From positions 16,120,001 to 16,184,000 of the forward strand of contig OZ024759.1 of NCBI GenBank assembly GCA_964016885.1: DNA of 64,000 bases. The letters are read 5' to 3'. The notes beneath the pieces are model-generated. The model saw only the letters and a program-made list of their open reading frames with translations, made no database searches and was not told where the DNA came from. The position numbers and the translations under genes were made by a program. Positions 1 to 12,202 of the stretch are shown here, piece after piece (position 1 is the stretch's first letter; each line of letters begins with the position of its first letter). The stretch is from Eledone cirrhosa. Lineage: Eukaryota.

Positions 1-957
1 CCGCCAACACCACAATACCACCAACACCACAATACCATCAATACCACAATACCACCAACACCACAATACCACCAACACCACAATACCATCAATACCACAA
101 TACCACCAACACCACAATACCACCAACACCACAATACCACCAACACCACAATACCATCAACACCGCAACACCCTCAACACCACCACCATCAATATCACCA
201 ATACCACCATCAACGCCATTAACACACCACCACCAAACCACTACCATCAACATCACGAAACCACCAACGCTACCACCATCAACACCAGCACCATCAAGAC
301 CATCAACACCACCACCACCACCAACACCGCGATCAACACCACAAACACCACCATCAACGCCATTAACAACACCACAAAACCACCACCATCAATACCACCA
401 GCACACCAACACCACCAACACCTCCACTACCACCAGCACCACCACCACCACCATCAACACCAGTACACCACCAACACTACCACCACCATCAGCACCAGTA
501 GACCACCAACACCACCACCAACACTACCACCACCACCATCAACACCAGTACATCACCACCACCATCACCAGGACACCATTAACAACACCACAAAACCATC
601 GCCATCAACACCACCAACGCCACCAACTCCACTACCACCACTACCACCACCACCACCATCAACACCAGTACACCACCAACAACAACAACACCACCATCAA
701 CACCAGTACACCAACAGCACCACCACCAACACTACCACCACCACCATCAACACCAGTACACCACCAACACCACCACCATCAACACCAGTACACTACCACC
801 ACCATCACCAGGACACCATTAACAACACCACAAAACCATCGCCATCAACACCACCAACGCCACCAACTCCACTACCAACACTACCACCACCACCACGATC
901 AACACCAGTACACCACCAACAACAACACCACCACGATCACCATCACCAGGACACCAA
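1..957. repeat. ACC/AAC-rich low-complexity minisatellite; first ~160 bp is a 17-bp unit (ccaacaccacaatacca)
   Basis: Tandem units visible directly. Confidence 0.9.
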
Positions 958-1205
958 TACAGCTAACGCCATTGCTATAGAGTATTTTATATTAGCTGGA
1001 AAATCTAGTTAGCAAAGATCCATATTGACGAACCTTCAGTCAATAGTCTCTGGCTAATTTCAAGATTAGATTTCGTTTCGTTTTTACATATTTTTTTTCT
1101 GACTTTCTTTCCTTCGTTTAATTATATGTTTATTGCCTTTATTTTGCTTTCGAAAGCCAACTATATACACAAACAGAAACAAGCCTTATTAACAACATTC
1201 CTAAG

Positions 1206-1380
1206 GGAGGTCAGTTGGTGGAGGAAAGGGTTGTTAAACCGTAGGACAAATGTTTAGCAGTATTTCTTCTGGATCCGTTCTTTCTGAGTTCGAATCCCGC
1301 CGAGTTCAGTTCAGCTTCGCCTTTCACCTTACTAGGCTAGATTTTTTTTTAAAAAGGGGGGGTACCAGTCTAGTACTTAG
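1206..1380 (+). mobile_element. Diverged tRNA-derived SINE
   Basis: B-box-like gagttcgaatccc followed by degenerate gcctttcacctt...gtaccag core shared with the abundant SINE family in this window. Confidence 0.6.
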
Positions 1381-1511
1381 TTTAAAGTCTGTCTCATTCC
1401 CGGAGAGTCTTCAAGCAGATTATATCCCAGTTTATGTGGCGTTAAGTGACTGGGAGTACAAGAGTCTCCCCTGGAGAGGATACAAGTCCATCGCAGAGTT
1501 ATATATGTATG

Positions 1512-1626
1512 TATGTAAAAGGTAAACAGAAATAACAACACAATCGGTACAGTATATGGAAGGTATATATTAGATTAACGCTTGATATAGCAGGAAGAGG
1601 GTCTTAACGTTTCGGACGCTAGTCCT
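1512..1626 (-). mobile_element. Truncated 3' end of hammerhead-bearing Penelope-like terminal repeat (family A)
   Basis: Reverse complement of ~7519-7632; keeps stem II + GAAACGTT but lacks CTGATGA. Confidence 0.75.
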
Positions 1627-1922
1627 GTTTGGATACTCCTGTCGCCCGTCATTTCTGTTCTCCTGGTCATTCTTCCCTACATGTTTCAGTCCTAGGTGTC
1701 CTTTTACATCATGGATCAGAGGCCTCGCGCACCAGGACTGAACAAAGTCAGATTCCCCTCTTGGACTCAACTCACCTCCCCAATTTCTCTAATACCCCGT
1801 CCATTATCACACCCCTAGATTCCTATCGCTTTCTCTTTGATCATAGCTTCATACTTACATGCACACACACTCTTTTACTCACATATACACACACATTTCT
1901 TCTTAGCTTCGTACGGACCTAT

Positions 1923-1992
<70 letters not shown>

Positions 1993-2311
1993 ACGCACGT
2001 GCTCAAGTATAGCTCTTTTTACAAAAAACATGGTTGGATGTGCAGGTGAAGGAATGGCGGATACGGAAAGACCCGTCAGGGGCATATATATATATAAATA
2101 TATATATAAGTATGTATACGTACATACATATATGTATACAGATGTACAGTCGTATGTATATATATATATACATACATGCACACATATATGTACGTATGGA
2201 TTCACCGAACATTTATTATAATGCTCGGTGTGTTTGTAAACAAACATCCCGAATTAAGCCGTACAGTGTCTAGCAACCATCGTTGCTCATTTGTTCAACA
2301 CTGACAAAGGA

Positions 2312-2348
2312 ACGCTGTACTAGTTTCAAGCTTACTAGCTATCGTCAG
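2312..2348 (-). ncRNA. Hammerhead core (inverted copy, 5' stem I lost)
   Basis: Reverse complement of 2739-2775. Confidence 0.7.
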
Positions 2349-2732
2349 TGTTGAACAAATGAGAAACAAACGATGGTTGCTAGACACTGTACGGCTTAAT
2401 TCGGGATGTTTGTTTACAAACACACCGAGCATTATAATAAATGTTCGGTGAATCCATGCGTACATATATATATATATGTGTGCATGTATGTATATATATA
2501 TACATACTACTGTACGTCTGTATACATATATGTATGTACGTATACATACTTATATTTAAGTAACAGCCGTACTAAGAGTGAGAAATGAAATTTCGTTTCA
2601 TTTTTTCCGTTTATCGTTTTCGGTGCGCCCGGGCGATTAACTCACTCGATATGCAAATTAGGCTGCTCAACCGTTAATATGCATAAGGAAAGTATATGCT
2701 TTCAGACGTTTAATCATCTGGCAGGAAGGTAT

Positions 2733-2775
2733 ACGTTGCTGACGATAGCTAGTAAGCTTGAAACTAGTACAGCGT
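2733..2775 (+). ncRNA. Type I hammerhead ribozyme
   Basis: ACGTTG-CTGACGA-tAGCTagtaAGCTt-GAAA-CTAG-TA-CAGCGT; 6-bp stem I, palindromic stem III ACTAGT, GUA site. Confidence 0.85.
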
Positions 2776-3040
2776 TCCTTTGTCAGTGTTGAACAAATGA
2801 GCAACGATGGTTGCTAGACACTACGGCTTAATACGGGATGTTTGTTTACAAACAAACCGAGCATTATAATAAATGTTCGGTGAATCCATACGTACATATA
2901 TATATGTGTGCATGTATGTGTATATATATATATACATACTACTGTACGTCTGTATACATATATGTATGTACGTATACATACTTATATTTAAGTAGCAACC
3001 GTACTAAGAGTGGGAAATGAAATTTCGTTTCATTTTTTCC

Positions 3041-3137
<97 letters not shown>

Positions 3138-3215
3138 TATATAGAGAGTAAGTAGTACGGTGAAGTACTGGTGTTGGTACTAAATGAAGCACTCTATGCA
3201 CAGGCAGAGTGTATA

Positions 3216-3540
3216 TAATAGAAATGACGAGGAAGTTTCGTTTACATATGAAAAATATATATTGTGTATCGACCTGTTATGCGCGTTTCGCAGAGGATTG
3301 GCTCAAGGTGACCCATAGGAGTTATGGATCCGACTCCAGCATCGATCTGCTCCTCAGACTGGCGATACGACAAAAGATATATTTTGTCGCCTCACCACTC
3401 TGAGGAGCTTATCGGTACTGGAGTTGGGTCCATAACTCCTATGGGTCACCTTGAGCCAATCATATGCGAAACGTGCGTAACAGATCGATACACAATCACT
3501 ATTTTTCATATGTAAACGAAACTTCCTCGTTTTTTTTATT
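3216..3540. mobile_element. Head-to-head inverted terminal repeat with a long-stem-II hammerhead on each strand (family D)
   Basis: ~150-bp imperfect arms. Plus: CTGAGGA(3400)...GAAA-CGTGCG-TA(3479). Minus: CTGAGGA-GCAGA...TCTGC-GAAA-CGCGCA-TA (3357->3274). Runs into (TA)n. Confidence 0.7.
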
Positions 3541-3622
3541 ATATATATATGTATATATATATATATATATATTTATAATAAACCTTTCAAGGATTTACAC
3601 AAGTCTAGCCTCCTGTTATTTT

Positions 3623-3671
<49 letters not shown>

Positions 3672-3825
3672 GAAGATCCCGTTGAGGGTGAAAGCAGCGA
3701 TTCTTTGCTTAAACTTTAATCTGTTATTTTAATAAATATTTGCTCTACGGTTCTTATATATTTGATATATATTTATCCTTATCGAGCCCTCTTTGGATTT
3801 TAGTCTTCAAATTTATTATTATTAC

Positions 3826-3913
<88 letters not shown>

Positions 3914-4082
3914 CATATATATATATATGTATATGTATGAAAGAATGTCCCGCGCGTCTAAAATCTTATGAAACTTATTTTTAAAAAGGTCGACGGAAAC
4001 AACGGAAAAACGGACGAAACGCAGGATAATCCCTTATCGGTTGACCTCTGGAGTCCTTGTGAATATATATATATATATATAT

Positions 4083-4194
4083 ATAAACGTTTGGAGTTAG
4101 AAGGCCAAAACGATGCCGGCATGGATATAGAATATAAATTTATATTCAATATCCATACCTTCATTCTTTTGGCCTTCTAACTCCAAACGTTTAT
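4083..4194. repeat. ~110-bp imperfect palindrome abutting (TA)n
   Basis: ataaacgtttggagttagaaggccaaaa ... ttttggccttctaactccaaacgtttat. Confidence 0.85.
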
Positions 4195-4379
4195 ACCTCA
4201 TTACGCAATGCTTCAAGTAAACTACAGTTTCCTCCTCTATATATGTATGTAGGTAGGTATGCATGCATGTATGTACGTACGTACATATGTAGTATGTTTG
4301 TAGAAATTATGTATGTATGTACGTGTGTTCACTAATGTTGTTGTTCCCATGGTAATACGACACTTAGCAGGGGGTTTTA

Positions 4380-4628
4380 CGTTTGTCTACTGCGCCTTCC
4401 AGCTCTTTGCCAACTTTGACAACAAACGACCGTGACATTTTCAGGAAGTGATCCATCTCAAAACAACTGTCCTCTGTCTTTAAGGCATCGAATACAGCAT
4501 GTCTTTTCATTGGCTGAGTTAGCTTGACGTCTGTCGACATTTGTCAAAAAAGAAATGATAATCAGAACAAGTTAAAAATAAGTTGGAGCTATTAAAAGAC
4601 GTGTCTTCATAGAACTGACCAATCCTGT
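4380..4628 (-). mobile_element. Tc1/mariner-type transposon relic (left end + N-terminal HTH region)
   Basis: Minus strand starts TA-CAGGATTGGTC and translates [48 protein letters not shown], resembling transposase N-terminal HTH. Confidence 0.5.
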
Positions 4629-4685
4629 ATGTATATGTATATATGTATGTATGTATATATATATGTATATGTATATATATATAAG

Positions 4686-4764
<79 letters not shown>

Positions 4765-4777
4765 ATATATATGTGTG

Positions 4778-4951
<174 letters not shown>

Positions 4952-5094
4952 AACATATATATATGCATATATATATACATATATATATATGTGTGTGTGT
5001 GTGTATGTATATGCATATATATATATATGTATATATAATATACACATATACGTAGAAAGAGAGATAAACAGAGATAAATAAATAGATAGATATG

Positions 5095-5767
5095 TTTCTT
5101 TATTGGCCACAGGGGCACAAAAGAAGAGGACAAATACAAAGGGGGAAGTTTACATACAATAAAAACGTGTAAAATACTATAACAAATGCAATTTAAAAAT
5201 TAATCGATTTTCCCCAATAGGGGGAGACAGTTCATATGGGTAACACATACCCCCGAAAAAATGTGCAACCCTCATCTCCGGGAGTACGAAGAGTTTGTAG
5301 CCCTTTCCTCTCTCCTTCTTTTTCCTCCACCTACAGGCTGATATAGAGAGAAGGCCCATTCACTCGGGCCATTCTCGCCTCCTTTCACCCACCTTTTATA
5401 AAACTTGCTGGGGTACAGCACCTATCTCTCCATCCTGATTCTTCTTCCAAAGTGGTATTTGAAAAAAAGAATCAGTTGTTGGCCGGAGAGAAAGGTGTCT
5501 GACCTCAGCCCTTTTAACCTCGTCCACCAAACAACTCTTTTGCCATAGCTATCACACAAAGGAAAACCGCCTCTCCTTCGTTTTTGAAGGAGGGTGGCGG
5601 TTTGATCATGACAATGAACTCGGTGGTCAACCGGATTGGTCCCACCCGCGACAATAGTCGTTCTACATAGCCCCACAGGTCGGTAACGCCCGGGCAGTGT
5701 ATAAATGCGTGCGCGACGATTTCTTCGTCTCGCACGCATCTCGGACAGATTTTTTTCGAAGGGTCCC
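5095..5767 (-). mobile_element. Tx1/L1-clade LINE, 5'-truncated (subfamily A), in (GATA)n
   Basis: CxxC..HxxxxC zinc-knuckle region (..EEIVAHAFIHC..); 3' end GCCAATAAAGAAA-(TATC); frameshifted. Confidence 0.9.
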
Positions 5768-5768
5768 T

Positions 5769-5829
<61 letters not shown>

Positions 5830-5830
<1 letters not shown>

Positions 5831-6094
5831 TTCTTTATTAGCCACAAGGGCGCAACAAGAAAGGGGACAATACAAAGACATGCCGGGGATTTTACATACA
5901 GTCGTTTAAAAAATATAAAAACAAACAATTTCAACAATCGAAATCCCCAATAGGGGGAGGCGCCACAAATGGGTTGTTTAATACCCCGTCGATAGAACAG
6001 CCCTCAACTCGAGGAGCGTGTTGTGCAAGTGCTCCTTTCTTCCTTTTGCTCTCTTCCTCAACCTACAGGCTTATAAACAGAGAAGGCCCAATCA
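5830..6094 (-). mobile_element. Tx1-like LINE 3' UTR (subfamily B), in (GATA)n
   Basis: Near match to 34455-34720; same GTGGCTAATAAAGAAA terminus; GATA tracts on both sides. Confidence 0.85.
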
Positions 6095-6096
6095 AT

Positions 6097-6144
<48 letters not shown>

Positions 6145-6993
6145 CCAGCAGACAAGTTTTATATCTCTGTCACATATTTTTTTCATTTTACTTTTCTTCT
6201 TTTATTTTTTCTACATTTTCTCATTCCTTTCTGTATTAATTCTTTCTTTCTGACATCTCTTTCAAAACACTCAAATATATTTTTTTCACTAATGTCTAAT
6301 ATAGCCCTTTTATTCTGTTGCTCATCCTTTGTAAATAATTCATATATCCTTTTTTTTTTATTTTGGTTTTATAATTCCGTATGTCTAATATATATATACA
6401 TTATGTATAGATTGCTATGCAGACGATTATTTCAATAGTTTATAAATAACTTGCCTATTTCGTTAGAGATGTGCAGCCATTAATGAAGAACAAACGCCAT
6501 CTTAAAAAAAAAAGAAAGTTAAAACGATACAAGAAACAAAACGTACACATTCGTATACAAAGAATTATCATTGGTGCACACTTACACACTTACTTTAAAC
6601 GACGGACATTTCATGTATAAAAATAAATAAATCAAATGAAACATCAACATAAGAACGGATATTCACAATAATTTGTAAACTTTATATTCTTATACTTTAA
6701 ATATAGCGTTCCTGAAAAATATAGTCGTTAGGCCTTTTAAACAGCCTGCAGCTTTCTGAATAATTTCTGTAAATGTAAATGTAAATGTAAATATTATTTT
6801 ATGTCATTTTTACTTTTATTTTTTATCATAATGTATATGTATACATGGCAGGATGTATCTGTGTGTGACTGTGTCTGTGTCCGTGAGTGTGTGCGTGTGA
6901 GTGTGTGAGTGTGTGTGTGAGTGGGTGAGCGTGTAGGTGTAGGTGAGTGTCTCTCTGTGTGGATATATCTGTGTGTGCGAGTGTGTGTGTGTG

Positions 6994-7142
<149 letters not shown>

Positions 7143-7145
7143 ATG

Positions 7146-7236
7146 TGTTTAGAAATGTAGAAAATCTCAAATGCAGGAAAATAGCTGTGAACACAGCTAT
7201 TTTCCTATGTTTGACATTTTCTACATTTCTAAACAT
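7146..7236. repeat. ~90-bp imperfect hairpin next to (TG)n
   Basis: tgtttagaaatgtagaaaat...aatagctgtg-aa-cacagctatt...attttctacatttctaaaca. Confidence 0.85.
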
Positions 7237-7401
7237 TTCAACTCATGTATATGTGTGTGTGTGTATGTGTGTGTGTGTGTGTGTTATTTCTGTTTAACTT
7301 TTACATACACATATATATATACTTTATAAGAACAGATTAAAGTTTAAGCAAAGAGTCGCTGATTTCACTCTTAACGGGATCATCTTTATTTATATATATA
7401 T

Positions 7402-7626
7402 AATCCTTATCGTGGCCCTTTCGGACTTAAGTCCTCAATTTTGTTATTATACTTTCCAATTCTAACCCGCCGCCCATCCCTTCAATCTTTCTAATTTCTC
7501 ATTCTCTCTTCTGATGAAGGACCAGCGTCCGAAACGTTAAGACTCTCTTCCAGCTATTTCAAGCGTTAACCTAATATGTTCCTTTCATATACTGTACCGA
7601 TTGTGTTGCTATTTCTGTTTACCTTT

Positions 7627-7632
<6 letters not shown>
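7402..7632 (+). mobile_element. Penelope-like terminal repeat (family A) ending in (TA)n
   Basis: Homologous to 1512-1626 and 47730-47907 (minus); contains a hammerhead. Confidence 0.8.
7507..7542 (+). ncRNA. Minimal type I hammerhead ribozyme
   Basis: TCTT-CTGATGA-a-GGAC cagc GTCC-GAAA-CG-TT-AAGA; palindromic ACGT stem III typical of dimeric PLE hammerheads. Confidence 0.85.
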
Positions 7633-7675
<43 letters not shown>

Positions 7676-7676
<1 letters not shown>

Positions 7677-8110
7677 GGGCGAGTAAAATTCCCGAGATCC
7701 ATGGACGAGTTCTCTCCAGCGCTCTCTGTCCCTCATCATCGCTGCCATCTCCTGCGTCTCCAAGAGACCAGTGTCTGCCCTTAGGGCATCAACATATGTT
7801 AACTTCGGTCTCCCTCTTCTGGTGTGCCCGTGTAGGGGCTCCCACAGGAGCACTGCGTGCAGAGTCAACTCTGAATGTCGATGAGCATGTCCAGCTAACC
7901 TTAGTCTCCTGTGTTACTTTTGAGCTGACTTTTGGGAGGCTCCCGTACAGCTTTGAGTTCTTCAACCTCAGTGTATACTGATTAATGTTCAGAGCCATCC
8001 TCAGCATTCTCGTGTAACACCCATCCACCATCTGAGTGAGTTTCTTGGTCAGTGTCCCAGTCTCAGACCCGTACAGCAGCCCAAACTCCACTGTAGCAAC
8101 GAAGAGACGT
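7676..8110 (-). mobile_element. RTE-clade LINE 3' end, 5'-truncated, ending in (TA)n
   Basis: LLYGSETGTLTKK..DGCYTRMLRMALNI..AGHAHRH..LLWEPLHGHTRRGRPKLTYVD..MRDRERWRELV, a typical RTE post-RT C-terminus. Confidence 0.85.
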
Positions 8111-8492
8111 AAATAGGACCGTTATTCCTCTAATTAGTCCACATGCACTCAGTAAACTCTCTAAACCGAACGCCAGCCTGTACCTATGATTCCTGCCAAA
8201 CCAAACACAAACCACCCATCTTCCCAAATTCTGCATATGTAACCGGACCACAACAGCCACCAAATTAGAAAGACAGTCATTATAAAGCTGCAGCTGTCAT
8301 ATTACGTAGTTTCTATATAATAAAGCCAAAGCTATTATTATCTGCAGTGACTATGACCCCATTGCGTAATATACCTTGTTCCACTTCACCCTGGTATCGC
8401 TCGACTATCCGCCTAGGTGACATAATGCCATACATTGAAAAGTTTAGTTCTTACAACACAACATAAAACCCAAAAAAAATAATTGTAAGTCA

Positions 8493-8733
8493 TTAACTCT
8501 TTAGCATTTAAACCGGCCATATCCGACCAGAATTCTCTTACCTTTTTCTGTTCAAACTGGCTATAACCAGTCGCTCATACTGATGTTAAGGTATTATTCT
8601 CAAAATAAATAATATCAAAATCTCATAGATTCGATATTATGTGAGGTAATTATGTGAGATAAAGCCTTTGCCATGAAAATATAATAGTAAATATAATAGT
8701 ATTTATAGAGTAATGTAAATACTAAAGAGTCAA
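8493..8733. mobile_element. MITE with ~18-bp TIRs and TTAA-like ends
   Basis: ttaactctttagcattta ... taaatactaaagagtcaa. Confidence 0.65.
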
Positions 8734-9330
8734 CCCTTTACCGAAAAAAGCGAAATGAATCCACGATGAAAAACACAAAATACAGCATCAAAAGGCGACA
8801 CAAAAGGTATAAACTTCAATAACATTATTTACATACAAATAAATATTATATAATATATAATATATATAATATATATATATATAATATATATAATATGTAT
8901 AAATAATATATATAATATATATATATAATATATATATATATAATATATATATATAATATATATATAATATATACATATATAATATATATATATAATATAT
9001 ATATATAATATATATATAATATATATATATAATATATATATATATAATATATATATAATATATATAATATATATATAATATATATATAATATATATATAA
9101 CATATATATAATATATATATAATATATATATAATATATAGATAATATATATATATAATATATATATAATATATATATATAATATATATATAATATATATA
9201 TATAATATATATATATAATATATATATATAATTGTTTCTACCGATAATATATATATATAATATATATGTATAATATATATATAATATATATATATATAAT
9301 ATATATATATAATATATATATAATATATAT

Positions 9331-9517
9331 AATTGTTTCTACTTTTGGCACAAGGCCAGCAAATACCCAATGTATTACTGGTACTTTATTTTATCGACCC
9401 CGTAAGGATGAAAGGCAAAGTCAATCTCGGCAGGATTTGAACTCAGATCGTAAAGGGACGTAACTATGCTGGAAAGCATGGCGTCCGACCCTCTACTGAT
9501 ACTGCCAATCCACCGCC
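9331..9517 (-). mobile_element. tRNA-derived SINE (major family), full length
   Basis: A-box-like TGGCAGTATCAGTAG, B-box GAGTTCAAATCC, core TTTGCCTTTCATCCTTACGGGGTCGATAAAATAAAGTACCAG, tail GTGCCAAAAGTAGAAACAATT. Confidence 0.9.
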
Positions 9518-9640
9518 TATATATAATATATATATAATATATATATAACATATATATATAATATATATATAATATATATATATATGTATAACATATATAT
9601 AATATATATATAATATATATATAATATATATATAATATAT

Positions 9641-9818
9641 AATTGTTTCTACTTTTTGGCACAAGGCCAGCAATTATTCCAGTGTATTACTGTTACTTTA
9701 TTTTATCGAACCCGTAAGGATGAAAGTCAAAGTTAACCTCGGCGGGATTTGAACTCAGAATGGCAAGGGGCGTAACTCTATGAGTCAAAGCATGGCGTTC
9801 GACACTCTACCGATACTG
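9641..9818 (-). mobile_element. tRNA-derived SINE (major family)
   Basis: Same consensus as 9331-9517. Confidence 0.9.
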
Positions 9819-9844
9819 TATAATATAATATAGAACATAAAATA

Positions 9845-10420
9845 ATACCAACATCAACAATAACAATAACAATAACGACAACAATAACAACACCACCAAC
9901 AACAACAACAACACCAACAGCACTACCACCAACGACAACAACACCAACACCAACAACAATACCAACAACAACAACAGCACCAACAACAACAACACCAACA
10001 ACAACAACAACACCACCACCAACACCACCGCCAACAACAACATTACCAACAACAACACCAACAACAACAAAAGCACCACCAACAACACCACCAACAACAA
10101 CAACAACACCACCACCACCACCACCACCAACACCACCACCACCACCACCACCGCCAACAACAACACCACCAACAACAACAACACCAACAACAACACCACC
10201 AACACCAACAACAATACCACCGCCAACAACAACACCACACCACCAACACCACCACCACCAACACCAACAACACCACCACCGCCAACAACAACACCACCAC
10301 CACCAACACCAACAACACCACCAACAACAACAACACCAACACCACCACCAACACCACCACCACCACCACCACCACCAACACCACCACCACCACCGCCAAC
10401 AACAACACCACCAACAACAC
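9845..10420. repeat. (AAC/ACC)n trinucleotide tract
   Basis: Direct observation. Confidence 0.95.
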
Positions 10421-10931
10421 AGAAATCAATGAAACTCAATAGAAAGACAAGGAAAACTAAATAAATACTAAATGTACAAAGCTAAATACTAAATAAAATT
10501 CTTGACAATAGTACAAAATTACGTTTAGTGTCCTTTTATTAAATATTTAAGTAAATTATCTTTTAGGTTGCCATAGTAACAGTCTTGGCACTTTGTACAA
10601 AACATAAACGAACGCGTTTAATCGAATAACTACTACAGTTGATTGTTAATCGTTACTGGGTCTTATTGTAGTTGTTGTTGTTGTTGTTGTTTCTGTTGTT
10701 GTTGTTGTTATTGTGGTGGTGGTGGCGGCGGTGGCGGTTGTTGTTTCTGTTGCTGTTATTGTTTCTGTTGTTGTTGTGGTGGTGGTGGTGGTGTTGTTAT
10801 TGTCTCTGCTGTTGTTGTTGCTGTTGTTTCTTTTCATTGTTTATTTATTTTGGGTTTGGTGTTAGTTTTTTTTTTATTATTATTATTCTTGCTTGCATTT
10901 AATTTTTGTTTTTCTTTGCTGTTGCTGCTGC

Positions 10932-10969
<38 letters not shown>

Positions 10970-11344
10970 TGTTTTGATTTTGGTTTATTATACTTGTTTG
11001 TAATTAATTTTTTTTTGTTTTGTTTTTTTGTACTATTTTATTTATTTTTCTGTAGCTTTTCATCAGATTTTTTTTTCCACCAGTGTTCTCTGTTATTTCT
11101 TGCCAAGTGTGTATAGAAAGAGCCAGAGAGAAAGACTTTTTGGACAAAATCTGAGTTGAACTATGTGGTTACTTGACTGAGTCGTTAGAACGAATGACAA
11201 AATACCTTGCGCCTTTTGACCCGGTTCAAATACGACCGAGGTCAACTTTACTCGGAAGAAATATGTTTTCGAAATCGATAAATTAATGCACCAGTCAAAA
11301 TCGATTACTTTCTCCCTCCCTCCCCCCCCCCCTCTCTCTCTTTC

Positions 11345-11387
<43 letters not shown>

Positions 11388-11393
<6 letters not shown>

Positions 11394-11866
11394 CAGCACA
11401 GACTCCACTACAGCAATGAAGAGGCGGATTTTCAGGTCTCTACGAAGGTCCGACTTCCACACCGATCTCAAGCTGTGACACGCCGCCCAGGCCTTGCTCT
11501 TCCTCTCAACCACATCATCTTCCGTATTCCCAATCTTTGCTCCCAAATACAGGAAGTCCTCAACCAATTCCAGCGGCTTCCCGCCTACATTAGTGATCCC
11601 CTCTGGCTTCTCAACATTCTCTACCACAGAGGAGACTGAGGTTGGCTGGACATGCTCACCGACATCCAGAGTTGACATTGCACTCAGTGCTCCTTTGGGA
11701 GCCCCTACATGGACACACTAGAAGAGGAAGACCAAGGTTAACATATGTTGATGCCCTAAGGACAGACACTGGTCTGTTGGAGATGCAGGATATGGCAGCG
11801 ATAATGAGGGACAGAGACCGCTGGAGAGAACTCGTCCATGGATCTCGGGAATTTTACCCGCCTTAG
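11388..11866 (+). mobile_element. RTE-clade LINE with inverted 5' segment, in (TA)n
   Basis: 11388-~11630 minus encodes LELVEDFLYLGAKI...RLFIAVVESVLLY; ~11630-11866 plus encodes RLRLAGHAHRH...WRELVHGSREFYPP*. Confidence 0.85.
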
Positions 11867-11880
11867 ATAGATATGTATAG

Positions 11881-11912
<32 letters not shown>

Positions 11913-12023
11913 ACATATATATATATATGTGTATATATACATATGATTGCAGCTATATATAAATATGTATATATATATATTAATAATATTAATAAATGAA
12001 AAATATCTTTATAATACCATATT

Positions 12024-12082
12024 TATTTTATTATACGTATTTCAAGGATACTAAATCAAGTATGCCTTAATCAGATAAAATA
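12024..12082 (-). ncRNA. Degenerate hammerhead (family C-related; CTGATTA core)
   Basis: TATTTTAT-CTGATTA-aggcatact..agtatcctt-GAAA-TACGTA-TA-ATAAAATA. Confidence 0.55.
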
Positions 12083-12202
12083 GAATATTATATATATATA
12101 TATACACACATTTATAATACATATATATACACACATTTATATATACATATATATACATATATATATATATATACATGTATATATACATATATATATATAT
12201 AT

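Larger units (their letters stand above)
2105..3043 (+). mobile_element. Penelope-like/retrozyme element (family B): inverted copy plus two ~435-bp tandem direct repeats, ending in (TA)n
   Basis: 2105-2348 is the reverse complement of ~2739-2990; 2344-2612 is repeated at ~2782-3043; contains a hammerhead. Confidence 0.8.

Noticed and set aside
6467-6505. Possible terminal exon RCAAINEEQTPS* with downstream AATAAA
   Set aside because: Too short, weak acceptor, no linked upstream exon.
9331-9517. tRNA genes at A/B-box motifs
   Set aside because: No cloverleaf; the motifs are heads of multi-copy SINEs with shared bodies.
11040-11070. CTGATGA...GAAA on the minus strand (CTGATGA also at ~44548, 29646, 56465)
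   Set aside because: No pairable stems I/II/III, so not counted as hammerheads.
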